Below are positions 35,008-35,167 of a stretch of 35,167 nucleotides of DNA, piece after piece. Source of the stretch: Candidatus Micrarchaeota archaeon (GTDB lineage Archaea > Micrarchaeota > Micrarchaeia > Anstonellales > Anstonellaceae); the NCBI GenBank assembly GCA_043810635.1, contig JBDRNY010000028.1, positions 1-35,167 on the forward strand, read 5' to 3'. Every line of letters starts with the position of its first letter. The stretch's first letter is position 1. The translations under genes were made by a program, and so were the position numbers. The notes below the pieces were generated by a model. The model did not search any database. It was not told the origin of the DNA and worked only from the letters and a program-made list of their open reading frames with translations.

Positions 35008-35100
35008 GCACCCTCGTCTTCTTATTCAGAAAACATTTCAGATGCCAAGAACGATTTCCAGCATAATGCCGGAAGTGTCGTCTCTAAATTAAAGAGACGT
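35008..35100 (-). promoter_or_regulatory. Structured 5' leader of the rpl3 operon
   Basis: Consecutive stems CGTCTCT/AGAGACG, TTCCGGCA/TGCTGGAA and TCGTTCTT/AAGAAGACGA. Confidence 0.55.
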
Positions 35101-35123
35101 GAGAAGAAATAGGTTTACAAACA

Positions 35124-35130
35124 TATATAA
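35124..35130 (-). promoter_or_regulatory. TATA box of the rpl3 operon
   Basis: TTATATA about 25 nt upstream of the first leader hairpin. Confidence 0.55.
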
Positions 35131-35167
35131 GGGTATTGTAGGCAGATATAGGCAATTTTCATGCAAA

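Overview
Archaeal chromosome segment, by inference a DPANN archaeon and most plausibly Micrarchaeota. It carries an almost unbroken minus-strand translation supercluster: rpl3-rpl4-rpl23-rpl2-rps19-rpl22-rps3-rpl29-SUI1-rnp1-rps17-rpl14-rpl24-rps4e-rpl5-rps14-rps8-rpl6-rpl32e-rpl19e-rpl18-rps5-rpl30-rpl15-secY-adk-DUF106-rpl34e-cmk-[TPR]-rpl14e-[2x EamA, TPR]-cbf5-tRNA-Ser(intron)-rps13-rps4-rps11-rpoD-tRNA-Leu-rpl18e-rpl13-rps9-rpoN-tRNA-Pro-rps2. To its left are a processive GT2 gene paired with a thioredoxin-fold protein, a frameshifted enolase, a DUF4870-like protein and a divergent glnA/Lrp pair. The genes are mostly ordinary, but the intergenic spacers are not. They hold several dispersed structured repeat families. 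(A) An element combining mirror and inverted symmetry (Y-CCCGAGGG-Y-loop-R-GGCTC) whose three arms co-vary as an intramolecular triplex would require; the tRNA-Ser intron has a similar layout. (B) A T-shaped double hairpin with GNA triloops, nested in family A. (C) A ~47-bp spacer repeat. (D) A K-turn-like hairpin covering the start codon behind a uORF, with a compensatory base change. Several of these sit between duplicated gene-start sequences. No mobilising enzyme is visible in the window. Other notable traits are loss of Zn ligands in several r-proteins and widespread Lys/Glu-rich extensions.
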